A DNA stretch of 62,253 bases, the filler included, from Chiloscyllium plagiosum (lineage: Eukaryota), in assembly GCF_004010195.1 (NCBI RefSeq). It is 3 parts of one record of this genome, joined end to end, with 100 filler letters (N's around TTAATTAATTAA, not from the genome) between each part and the next. Parts side by side here need not be neighbours in the genome. Positions count along the whole stretch, not along the records: positions 25,012 to 54,240 come from NC_057717.1; positions 54,341 to 62,253 come from NC_057717.1; 1 more part is not named here. One strand, written 5' to 3'. Below, in pieces: positions 45,779 through 57,024 of the stretch; positions within the stretch are counted from its first letter, which is position 1; each line of letters begins with the position of its first letter. Under the pieces are notes generated by a model that was not told the DNA's origin, did not search any database, and was given only the letters and a program-made list of their open reading frames with translations. The translations under genes and the position numbers were made by a program.

Positions 45779-48700
45779 GTTCCCCCTTTTTTTAAGGGTC
45801 GGAATGAGAAGGGGGCAATGTAGCCAGTTCCAGGGGGATTGTCGCGTGGGGAAGGGGATTTTTCATTATTAGAGACATCGCCCTCGTCTGAGAACAACTC
45901 TACAGAGGTTTTCGTTGGGGAGGGATGATCCCCCATTTGTTCTGTACTAGCTGAATGGTGACGCGGGCTGAGGGCAGTAGTATGGCACACAAGGGTGAAC
46001 AGCCGAGTTGGATGGCCATGGCCAGTGCGACACTCGAGGCAATGATAGCAAAGATGGCAATGAGTCCCTGTAGCAGGGATGCACCGCATGAGTCCAGCCA
46101 GGCGGCTGCCCAGTCCTGTAAGTCCCAGTGGTATTCCTGCTTATGCTAGAGAGAAGTCATCTGCTGGATATGCTGGGCCAGGTCCGTGATGTCCTCGTGG
46201 GGATCAGGGATTTAAGTGCAGCAGTCAGCAACAATGAGGGCGCATGTGCCCCTTTTGCAGCGAGCAGGGAGTCTATTTTTCAGGGCCACAGTGCGAATGG
46301 GAATATCCTCTGCATTCAGCTGGGTGAGCACCTCAGCTATGAAATTCGCCAACTCCTCTATTATGGTGGTGAGTCTGTGGACTTGCACGTGCAACCGCAT
46401 GGTTGCAAGGGAGTTGCCTTCACTTAGAGAGCTGCATCAAGGGCATCAAGGGCTCGTTTGCAACAGGTAGGGGCTTTGGGAAGGTAGGGGACTGGGAGTG
46501 ATACATTAATAGTATCACGCACCTAACATACCAACTGCCACCCCAGGACAACAACAGACAGATGTAGGCATTGTGGTCACGAATATAACAGGTGTCATTG
46601 TAGGTCCAGAGTTTCCAGGTCTGGATCCTGTCCAGATGTTGAGGTAGATGGTATTCTGGGTGATCCTTTTGAGGACCTGTTCGTTTATTATGCTGCCTTC
46701 TGCTGCGGATTGTCATGCTGAGTGAGTTAGAGGAAGGGGGTGAGTGCACCGACTCCAGCCAGCCTCCATTCCAGATGGATGTGTGCTTTATTAATAGATG
46801 GATCCTGTAGGTGACCACTGTTTGGTGGTGTCAGCAAGAGTTAGGGCTGGGGATTCATCAGAGACGTTGTCGGCCGTGTAAAACCACCCTGTAAATTTAT
46901 CCAGGTGATACCCCGCGGATCACCAGCGGGCTGGGCTGTTGTATGTTACCGGGGATCGCGAATCTGGGGATGACATCCCTCAGGAGGCATTTTCCCACTG
47001 CGTATGCATCATTCTTTCTTGTGGGAAACGCTTCCACCTGTTTAGAGAACATGTCGATGATGACAAAGATGTATTTGTAACCCTGTTTTGGGAGCACGTG
47101 AGCAAAGTCAATCTTCAAGTGGCTAAAAGTCCCCAAATAACTGACAGTCAGTCACACCTGGCAACAGGCTTTTATGCATTGTTGTGCAGGCATACGAGGC
47201 ACTGTGACAGCAAGGCTTATGCAGGGGCAGCAAATACCAGTGAATACCAGGATTGTGTGACACCGTGTAACGTGCCCCTTTTGTCTGCGTGTCCAGCGCT
47301 GTGGGCTGCTGGGACGAGTATATGCAGGTGGGCTCTTCGACAACTGATATGGTCATCGGGGTGTCCAAGCAGCTGTAGGGAATGTGACTGCCCCACCTCT
47401 GACCCAAGTGTCCTGTTTCTGCGGTAGAGCAGCCTGTTCGTCAGTTCGCACTGCTTCCTTGGGGTCAGGGAATGCAGATGCCTTCGTTATTCCGGGGGCC
47501 TGTAGAATGTAAGTGGTGGAGTGCAGCGCGGCTTTCTGGGCTGCTGTGTCTGCTGAGGTATTCCCTACGGTGACAGGGACAGTGGCAGTGATATAAGCAG
47601 CACATTTTGAAATCGCTGGGGCTAAGGGTGACATGACTGTTTCGAAGAGGTTGGAGATTAGCGCAGCGTATTTCAGTGGCCTCCCTGCTGAAGTTATTAG
47701 CCATATCTGTTTAAGAGTGTGCCAAAGTCGTGAAGGATACCACAGGCATAATTGGAGTCAGTGTAAATGTTGGTTGGGTGACCTTTTGCTCTGATGCAAG
47801 CCCGAGTTTGCATGAACAGCTCTACAGGATGTGCAGCTGTGCCATTTGGTAAGGCAGCATATTCCAGGAGAGTGGAAGAGGTGCAGGCGGCATACCCTGC
47901 CCGTGTGCGGTGGACCGAGTGCCTGAAGTAGGACCCATCGCAAAGGGCATGAGGTTAGCATTGTCCAACGTTGTATCAGAGAGGTCAGGGCGCGGGGTGA
48001 CGATCTGTTGCACGGTGTCGAAACAGTCATGGTCGTCCACAGTGGCGTTCTGAGTGACTGGGAGTAGCTTGGCCGGGTTCTAGGCAAGAACACCCTGCAG
48101 GGAAAGGTTAGCTTTGGAGATTCAAGCGAGCTCATATCCAGTTCTCTGAATGGTAGTTAAATGCAGCGTTGCTGCTGAATTGAACAGCAGGGATACCAAA
48201 TGGGAAACCAAAACAGTGCATGGGTGACACAGTACGATGAGGGGTGGCCTTTTCTATTGTTACCGCGGCTGTTGGGACAGCTCTCATATATGCCAACATT
48301 CCTCTGAGAACAGGCGGCACGTGTCCAGAGTTAAAGGCAACAGGGCGCCGGAGACCTCTAGTTATTTAACCAGCGTTAAAAAACTGGTTGCAAAACCGTC
48401 GGATTCCTTAACTTGGAGGTCGAACGGCTCAGTGAAGTTTGGGACCTACAGAACAGGAGCAGAGAGTAGTCGCTGTTTAATTTCGACGAATGCGTGTTCC
48501 TCCTTCGGCATCTACTGCAGTTTCGCTGATTGCCATAGTGGATCGTCAATGGCAAGAACTTCAGTGATCCAGTGCCTGCAGTAATTCGCCATCCCCAGGA
48601 AATCCTGCAATCATGTTCTTGTGGCTGTAGGGGGAAACCAACTAGTGGCTATGATTCTCACTGTCGTTAGTGCCCTGAGGCCAGATAAGAGTTGGTATCC

Positions 48701-49318
48701 CAAGTACCCTATTTTATACTGACAGAGTTGCATCTTTTTTTTTCCATTGAAACCCTGTATCCATCTTTTGTTCGACAGCAGCGCAACGCTACAGTGTCCT
48801 TCATGCATGTTTCAGCGCAGGTGGAGGCCAGTAAAAAATTGTCCACATATTCGGGACGGTGCTGCTGCACGGCACGTATAGAGTGAAGATGGTATGATAT
48901 GCTGTAACGACATACACTGCCGTGTTCTCTGTGGAACACTGGGACAGCCATCGTGTATAAAAGCGAAAAGGTACCGGCTCTCGGGGACAATTTAATGGAA
49001 AAAAAGCATGAGCAGAGATCAATACAGGAAAAATGGTTGGCAGAAACAGGGGTGCAGGTGAGTATGGCGTTACTGTCCAAGACCACTGGGGAGAAATGAC
49101 GAACAATTGCATTCACAGACCTCAGATCCTGGACAAAACCCCACTTTTCTGGCCACTTGGGTTTTGGATGTGCTGGATGGGTGCATTACAGGAAGTTGTT
49201 GTAGCAACTAGGGCAGCCTGTTGTAAGCGGGAGTCACTCGCCGGCTTGATCACCTCTACTGCTGCTGGCGTCAGATGGTATTGCCGTAAAAACGGCAAGA
49301 TGGCGCCCTGCTTGAGTG

Positions 49319-49687
49319 TGGCATGGTGTAGTGGGAGGAACTCACCTGGTCTGCATGGTGGGGGTACTGTGCCTACAGTGACGTGGGAGGATCAGCTAGC
49401 AACAGAGGTCTTCGTACGAGAGTAGCTCCCAGGGTTTGCGTGTTAAAAGCGGGCTGGTATGTTACAGGAGCTTAGCCACACAAAACACAATCTGCCCAAG
49501 TTTGGCATGGTGTAGTGGGAGGAACTCACCTGGTCTGCATGGTGGGGGTACTGTGCCTACAGTGACGTGGGAGGATCAGCTAGCAACAGAGGTCTTCGTA
49601 CGAGAGTATCTCCCAGGGTTTGCGTGTTAAAAGCGGGCTGGTATGTTGCAGGAGCTTAGCGCAAACAAAACACAATCTGCCCAAGTT
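49319..49687. repeat. Tandem duplication of ~184 bp within ERV copy 2 pol
   Basis: 49319-49502 and 49503-49687 are near-identical; single in copy 1. Confidence 0.95.
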
Positions 49688-52338
49688 GCACAACCCCTAA
49701 CAGGGCAACGGGGGCCTACCTGAGGGACGTGAAGTGAAGGGGTCGCTGTCGTAAAAGTATTATCATGAGGCCTAAATGATGCTGGCAATCAATTTATACA
49801 AGGTTTGGCCGGCAAAGAAGGACGGCTGGGCTAAAGATGAAACTGGTGGGAGCATCAGGGACAGTGGAAGGTCTAATACTGAAGTAAATGATTTGGGAGA
49901 GTCGCCCCATTCTGGGCACTCCAGAAACCTCTGATTTGTGTAAAGCTTTGTAACTCAGGAAAAATTCTGCAGAGGGAGATTCAGGCCAGTTGGTGGCCCC
50001 AGCGTCCACCAGAAAAGAAATGATATGTCCCCAAACATCCTCATCCATCATAGGATTTTTGAACGGGGAGTTGGAGAAGAGTATTGCGACCCATTGCAAA
50101 ACTCCCACCCGCTGCAGCTCAAATTTCTTTCTGGAGCATGGGGGAAGGGATCATTCATGGTTTAGGCAGTCTGCCAACTTTACTACTGTGGAGTGGTGGC
50201 CTGCTGTCGTCCTGTAGGGGGTGGGGGAGGATGGAGGAGCCTGGGCGCCCCTGCTTGTGTATTGACCAGCAGTGTTTTGTTTAGTGTGCCGATTAGCATA
50301 TTTCCAGCAGGGTCCTTCATGAAATCCCTTAGGTCTCTGTACTGGCCTTGTGGTGTCTTTACGGCAGTCCAGTTGTGCACTTCGGAGAATGCCTGCGTCT
50401 GTTTTGGTATTGTCAACAGCCCATTACTCTCCAAGTTACTTAGTATGGTCAAAGAGAGCCCAAGGCATGCCAAGTGAGATTATGCAGAACATATGTAGGC
50501 AGCTCGCAGTTCAATAGGATCTGCACAGCCATCTTTTCATTTTCTGCGAATGGAATGCCCGCCAACGAGTTCCACACCTCAATAAAGCAGGGATGAAATC
50601 GGGCAAGTGCTCGTCTGTTTTCGTCGTTATCGCACCAAAGTCGGCTTGCTGTCTTGCCCTGGCCTTTATTTCATCTTTTTTGACGGGGCTGTCCAGCCCT
50701 TTCTCCTGGTCAGCAGTGTTATCCCAGGGTTGTGTGGGAATTTCAATAGCAGGGCGAATTGTCGTCCAGTGGGTTCCTTACGCGAGCTTCAATAGGATCT
50801 GCACATTTTGGGCAGACAGTTGTCAATGGTGCAAATTTGGAATAGACAATTGTGGACTGGGAGTGGGTGCTTCAACGGGTCTTGCAGCATGCATGGGTCC
50901 CCACTGCATGAGCCCAGATCTAATCGAGGGGAGTAGAGCCAATCATGATACGTGGAAAACTGGCAGCCGGTGCCCTGGATTTTCTGGGGAGTTTCCAAGC
51001 TACTTCTGAGTTTGGGGCGACCATTCGTGCTGGGCAGCTATGATGGTTCGGACCGAGTTGCGTCTGCTGTTAATTGCTGCGAGCGTCTAGTGGGCTTGTG
51101 CGGTGACAAATGCCCATCCCCACTTCATTGACAGTGGGTCTTGCTGTGCAGCTGTTAGGGGACGTTTTGGAGAAACGGCTTGGGGCCGTGTCCAATGATA
51201 TTGAGATCTCCAATATTGCGGCGGTCTTTTTCCTTCAGAAGCAGATGCTGTTTGGCATTTTCTCAAAACATTTCAAGACACTGCAGCATGTAAAGAGTAT
51301 CCTAGGAGGGCTCCCCGAGCCATCCCGTATTGGTCATGGCCCAGTAATCAATCGTATCCAATTAAATGGTTCCTCCACATGGACAATTCCCTCAGGACCA
51401 GGTGTAAAGGTTTCCTGTGCAGGTGATACATAATGGCTGTCACCTGTCCCTTTTAGCACGGTGTCTACCGGTGAATCAGGTGTAACAAGAGCAACTCCAA
51501 ACTTCGTCTTGAAATTCACGCAGTTACCATAGCTTCTTTGCATCTTCGGACCAGGCTGTTCTCACCAGGTGGTTGGGGTCACGCAGCTCCCGCAGCTGGC
51601 ACCTTCCGGCAGAGGGTGGATATATGTGCCCCATGGCATCTTGGTCATCCTGGCTTGAGTGCTAAGTGTTGTACTTTGGCTTTCGAGGAAAAAAGAAGAG
51701 AGCGAGGGCTCATTGAACACACAAGCAGCGAGTGATTGACACGTTAAGCAATTAAGGGTGATCGAGCATGTCCTCACTGAACACAACGTAAACAAACATT
51801 TTATGGATGGATGAACACATTCGGACAAGACACCTGAAATTCACAAGTCAAGCACTTAGTAACAACAAAGCAAACAGACACACACAAAACAACCACTCAG
51901 AAACCACAGAATGTAAAACAGTGTAAAGATAGGTTCCCTGACAATTTCAATTCAAGCTGAGGATCTCTCAGTATTAAAACAAAATTTTAATCCACACTCT
52001 TGCCTTCTATCTTGCCAGACTTCCGTTGGCTGACCGTGTTTTTCCTGGCTGGATCAGCTTGTTGGCGCAAGCCCTGGCTCAAGTTGGATCACGTGTCTGC
52101 CAAATTAGTGAAAATTTACTTGATCAATTTAGGACCTTAACCGACTACCCCTCCTCAGAACAAGTCAGTGGTTGCTGAAAGCTAAATTGTTGCAGTTGTT
52201 GGATTTGAATTGTGGCGAACTTCCTGAGTCATCCAACCTTTCACTCGGCCTGACCCTCTGTGGCAGAGCTAGCCGCCAGGTGTGAATTGGGATAACTTTA
52301 AAATGTCATTTTCACTTAACCTGTTGAGAAGAAAGGGG

Positions 52339-52353
52339 CTACTGACTACGCCA
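52339..52353 (-). promoter_or_regulatory. PBS (tRNA-Ser), copy 2
   Basis: TGGCGTAGTCAGTAG after ..AAAACATT. Confidence 0.75.
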
Positions 52354-52355
52354 AA

Positions 52356-53918
52356 TGTTTTGGATAAATATACCCCAAAAGCCAGAGATGACAAATCACG
52401 GTGATATTGCAGAAGAGAAATTGACCAAGCTGAAACAGCACAGGCAGGCTGTCTAGATCTAAGTGAGGACTGCAGATGCTGGAGATCAGAGTATAGATGA
52501 GAGTGGTGCTCGGAAAGCACACCATGTCAGGCAGCATTCGAGGAGGAGAAAAATCGACGTTTCAGGCAAAATAACTTCGTCAGGAATGAAGGCAGGGAGC
52601 CTCCGGGTGAAGAGATAAATGCAAGGGGGCGTGGGGCTGGGGAGAAGGTAGCCAAGTGTATAATAGGTGGATGGGGATGGGGTCGAAGGAGACAGGTCAG
52701 AGGGGAGAGTCGAGCGGATAGTTGGGAAGAAAGATTGGTAGGTCGGACAGTTCATGAGGATGCTGCTGAGCTGGAAGGTTGGAGGTGGGGTAAGGTAGTG
52801 GGAGGGGAAATGAGGAAACTGGTGAAGTCCACATTGATACCCCAGGGTTAAAGTGTTCCGAGGTGGAAGATGAATCATTCTTCCTCTAGGCGTCGGGTAG
52901 TGGGTGAGTGGCAGTAGAAGAGGCCGAGGACGTGGAGGTCCTCGGCAGAGTTAGAGGGGGAGTTGACACGTTGGGACACGGGGCGGTGGGGTTTTTAGAG
53001 CGGGTGTCCCGGAGATGCTCCCGAAAGTACTCTGTGAGAAGGCGTCCAATTTCCCCAATGTAAAGGAGACTAGGTTGGGAGCAACAGATATTATGAATGA
53101 CATTGGTGGATGTACAGGTAACAATTTGATGGATGAGGAAGGCTCCTTTGGGACCTTGGATGGAAATGAGGGGGAGGTGTGGACGCAGGCTTTGCAAATC
53201 CTGCGGTGGCACAGGAAGGTGCCAGGACGGGAGGGTGGGTTGTTGGCGGCGTGGTCCTAACCAGATCATCATGGAGGGAACTGTCTTTGCGGAATGTGTA
53301 AAGGGGCGGCGTCTCTGTAGGTCACCGAATCTCTTCCTCGAGTTAAAAATTAAGCCAGGTTTTATAATAAAGTTGTACAATGATGTTGAGTAAAATGGGG
53401 AAATTACAATGTATTTGAAAAGTAACTCATCCAATTACAATGATGCTAATTACAAAGCAGCTATCAGAAGAATGTTCTGATTGCCGATGCAATGTAAATT
53501 CCGAGCAGCATCAAACAGTTCTTGATGAGATCAGTAGGTTCCAGCTGTCTTTGAGGTAGGTGACATTTTCTATTTTGAAGGAGTAATGTGTTTCCATTGT
53601 TTCTCTCCTGTGAACGAGGTATTTGGGTGACTCGCCTCTGACCTGCATTTTGTGTGGTTTTGGTATCATTGGGGTGGAGACTGCTCTTTGTGTTTTGGCT
53701 CAGCTGTGTTGATCCGGTCCAGGAAGCTTATTGCTGGTTTGTTAAAGGGAGTGTATTCTCTGGTCTACGAGCAACTATGATCATATCTGGTTATCCTTGT
53801 CAGCCGCTTTGTTCAATGCCGAAGCATTCTGGGTATTTCTTGTCTGGTTTGGACAGGCTTGATTTTCTGTTCTGTGTGCGCAAGTATGGGTAGGCAGGGT
53901 GAAAGATCTTTTCCCGCA
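52356..53918 (-). repeat. ERV 5' LTR in two pieces (52356-52454 and ~53340-53918)
   Basis: Collinear but strongly diverged similarity to 45076-45778; begins TG at 53918 and ends CA before the PBS. Confidence 0.8.
52456..53310 (-). mobile_element. Penelope-like element (Neptune-type), 5'-truncated, copy 2
   Basis: TCTSTNVIHNICCSQPSLLYIGEIGR..FREH (GIY-YIG), upstream Cys remnant, degenerate hammerhead ctgacgaag..gaaacgtc (52556-52583). Confidence 0.88.
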
Positions 53919-54240
53919 TCTAGGGTATAAGACGGGGATGGAATTGAAAACTTGAGAGAAGACCTGCCAACAAGCTGGTTGAAAGAAGTCTCTCGTTAAA
54001 GTACATTTTCGATCAGTAACATGTGATACAGAAATTCCTAACAAGTGGAAAAGAAGACATAGCAAGTTCCGAAGACAAGAACATACGCCGCTTGGTTTTG
54101 AGATGAGAAGTGTTGTTTCGTAAATCCTAATTAGGAGTTTTATCAGACTAGTATTTGGAAGGGAAGGTAAAAGATAGACTAGTGAACGAAATTGCAGATA
54201 GTGGTTAGGTAATTATTCTCTGCTATATTTTAAGAAATAA

Positions 54241-54340
54241 NNNNNNNNNNNNNNNNNNNNNNNNNNNNNNNNNNNNNNNNNNNNTTAATTAATTAANNNN
54301 NNNNNNNNNNNNNNNNNNNNNNNNNNNNNNNNNNNNNNNN
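54241..54340. other. Artificial 100-bp spacer (44 N + TTAATTAATTAA + 44 N)
   Basis: Same layout as 24912-25011. Confidence 0.95.
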
Positions 54341-54640
54341 TATACACACTTCAATCCACTTTCCTGTTTACAGGCACCCTCCTTTGAGATTGATGCCATG
54401 TTCCTAACCTCCCTACACTCCAGGTCCTGCACCCTAAAGCTACAGTCTGGGTTCCCATGCCCCTACGAGTTGGTTTAAACTCCCCCCAAGAGCACTAGCA
54501 AACCTCCCACCAAGGATACTGGTGCCCCTCAGGTTCAGGTGCAGACCATCGTGTTTATAGAGGTCCCACCTTCCCCAGAAAGAACCCCAGTTATCCAAGT
54601 ACCGGATTCCCTCCCTCCTGCACCATCCCTGTAGCCACGC
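54341..54640 (-). mobile_element. CR1 ORF1 (esterase C-terminus) fragment
   Basis: WLQGWCRREGIRYLDNW..DGLHLN in ORF 54440-54730. Confidence 0.88.
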
Positions 54641-54949
54641 GTAATGAAGGGGAGGCTTAATGAAGAAAGGTTGAAGGAGCCAGGGCTTTTCTCTTAGGAA
54701 TGAAAAAGAGTGAGAAGTGACTTGATACATAGAGTGGGTGGCACGAGAATGTTACCGTAATGAAAATGGATTTAAATAGGAGGTAAATTGTAAGGTAATT
54801 GGAGGAAGGTTGAGGGAGGTGTCAGAGGTAGCTTCTTTACACAGTGTGGTGGGTGAGTGGAATGTATTGCCAATGTTGGTGGTAGAGTCAGATACATTAG
54901 GGACACTTTAGTAACTTTTGGATAGTCGCATGAATGATAGCAAAATGAA

Positions 54950-56055
54950 TTTCTCAAAATGGAGAGCTGTGACCAGTGGTCTTCCACAGGGATCCATTCT
55001 GGGCCCACTGTTACTTGTGATACATACCAATGATTTGTAGGAAGGTATCTGTTCCTTGATTAGCAAATTTGCAGATGACACGAAGATCAGTGGAGTAGCA
55101 GACAGTAAAGGGAACTGTAAAATAATACAGTAGAATATAGATAAATTGGAGAGACTGGCAGAGATATGGCAGATGGAGTTCAATCCGGGCAAATGCGAGG
55201 TGTTCCATTTCGCAAGATCCAAATCAAAAGTGAACTATACAGTAAATGGAAAAGTCCTGGGGAAAAATGATGTACAGCGTGATCTGGGTATTCAGGCTCA
55301 TTGTTCCCTGAAGGTGGCAACGCGGGTCATTAAAGTGGTCAAGGCGGCATTAGACATGTTTTCCTTGATTGGACGGAATATTAAGTACAAGGTCGGCGAA
55401 CAGAACCACAGCAACGAGTACCCGAGCTACAAATCTTCTCACAAACTTTGATTAAGTGCAAGAGTTGGCAGGTCATGTTACAGTTGTATAGGATTTTGGT
55501 TCGGTCACATTTAGAATTTTATGTACAGTTCTGGTCCCCACATTACCAACAGGATGTGCATGATGTGGAGAGGGTGCAGAGGAGGTTCACCAGGATGTTG
55601 CCTGGTATAGAGGACGCGAGCAATGAGGAGAGATTGAATAGATTCGGATTATTTTCATTAGAAAGATGAAGGTTGACTGGGGACCTGTTTGATGTCTGCA
55701 AAATCATGGGATGGAAAGACAAGGTGATAGCAAAAATCATTTTCCCCCAGAATGTGGAACTCAATTACTTAGGGTCACGAGGTCAAAGTGAGGGGGCAAT
55801 GTTTGTTGCAGATATACGTGAAACGTTCTTTATGCAGAGGGTGGTGCTAGCATGCAACATGTTGTCAGCAGAGGACGTATAGGCGGGACGGATAACGTCA
55901 CTTAAGATGTATCCAGACAGCTGCATGAATGGGCAGGGAGCAAAGGGATACAGATCCTCAGAAAATAGGCGATGGGTTTAGACAGAGGATCGGGATCAGC
56001 CCCGGCTGAGGGCTGAAGAGGCTGTTCCTGTGCTGTGATTTTTCTTTGTTCTTTG
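54950..56055 (+). mobile_element. CR1-like LINE 3' part
   Basis: GLPQGSILGP, KFADDTK, LVRSHLEFYVQFWSP. Confidence 0.9.
55392..55450 (+). mobile_element. 59-bp Penelope (Poseidon-type) 3'-terminal insertion with a 12-bp TSD
   Basis: Matches the reverse complement of ~4091-4146; ATTAAGTACAAG (55380-55391) and ATTAAGTGCAAG (55451-55462). Confidence 0.85.
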
Positions 56056-56159
56056 AATGGTCTGCAGATGAGATTGATCTTAGAGTAGGATAAAAGATTG
56101 GCACAACATTGAGGGCGGAAGGGCCTGTACTTCGCGGTACTGTTATGTGTTCTAAATAG

Positions 56160-57010
56160 GGAGGGTTACAATGGCAGGAAGACGTTAATGAAAGCTAGAG
56201 AGGATGGGACCTGAATGAATAGATAGATTAGGAAGGTTTGCTACGTTCGTCAGAGATAACAGAGAAAGCAATGGTCTGATCTAAAGCAGACGACCCAGAC
56301 AGGGAGGATTTTGGGGACTGGAGGTAATTCTACCGGAGGGAGGACAATAACAAGAGGTTACAGAAATGTAGAGAGCTGTAGGGTGGACACATGTTCATGA
56401 AGATGGAGAGGTTGGGAGGGATGGAACAGTTTACAGGGAGAAAGGTGTTCGTCGAATGGAGCGGTTTACACAAACAGGGAGGATTTTCGGTGAATGGAAC
56501 ACATTACAGAGATAAAGTTGGTGGTATAGAATGGAGGAAAACACAGAGCAATGGAGGGTAGTTGTGACTGAAAATGTTTATAGATACAGGAAGGTTTACT
56601 TCTGCAGATTATTTAGGTATGGAGGTTTTTGTGTCTGACAGATTTTCCAGAAGGGCAGTAATTTTGGTTGGTCAGTTTCACAGCTAAGGAAGGATTAGTA
56701 ACCTCCTCCAGAATGGAAAAAGTGGGAAGGGTTGTTGGGGAGGGTGACATTTACACAGATAGGGGTGTAAGAGGTGGGGAAGGTTATGAGATGGCTAAAT
56801 GAATGGAGATACAGGAGGAGCATACATTTATAGGGTGGGTGCTGGCGACGGGAGGATGTTACACAGATAGTGAGTCTTGTTGGAACTGGATCGAGAGAAT
56901 CACAGGCTTCCAGTTGGGGTGAACAGATCGGGAGTGCTGCAGGGACCTGAGGATTGTCGAGTCTCCACCAAGTAATCATGTCTTTAGGACTGGAAGAGGT
57001 TACATAAATA
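56160..57010 (+). repeat. Old purine-rich minisatellite-like tract (ggaggaggttacagagataggg-type)
   Basis: Recurring ggttacag/tggagg motifs; period not resolvable by eye. Confidence 0.55.
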
Positions 57011-57024
57011 CGGAAACATTGAAG

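Larger units (their letters stand above)
45076..53918 (-). mobile_element. Endogenous retrovirus, copy 2, with both LTRs (5' LTR interrupted by Penelope)
   Basis: Reverse-complement paralogue of 17155-24121: protease FLVDAGAT, RT YVDN, FLGMANYCRHWI, integrase IDFAH..IIDMFSKQVEAFP, env CALIVADCC. gag ~51634-50155, pol ~50110-46950, env ~46945-45870. Confidence 0.93.

Noticed and set aside
17155..53918. The two ERV copies as uncollapsed alleles or independent integrations
   Set aside because: About 10% divergence with many indels is too high for alleles, and the identical host junction and shared deletions exclude independent integration.
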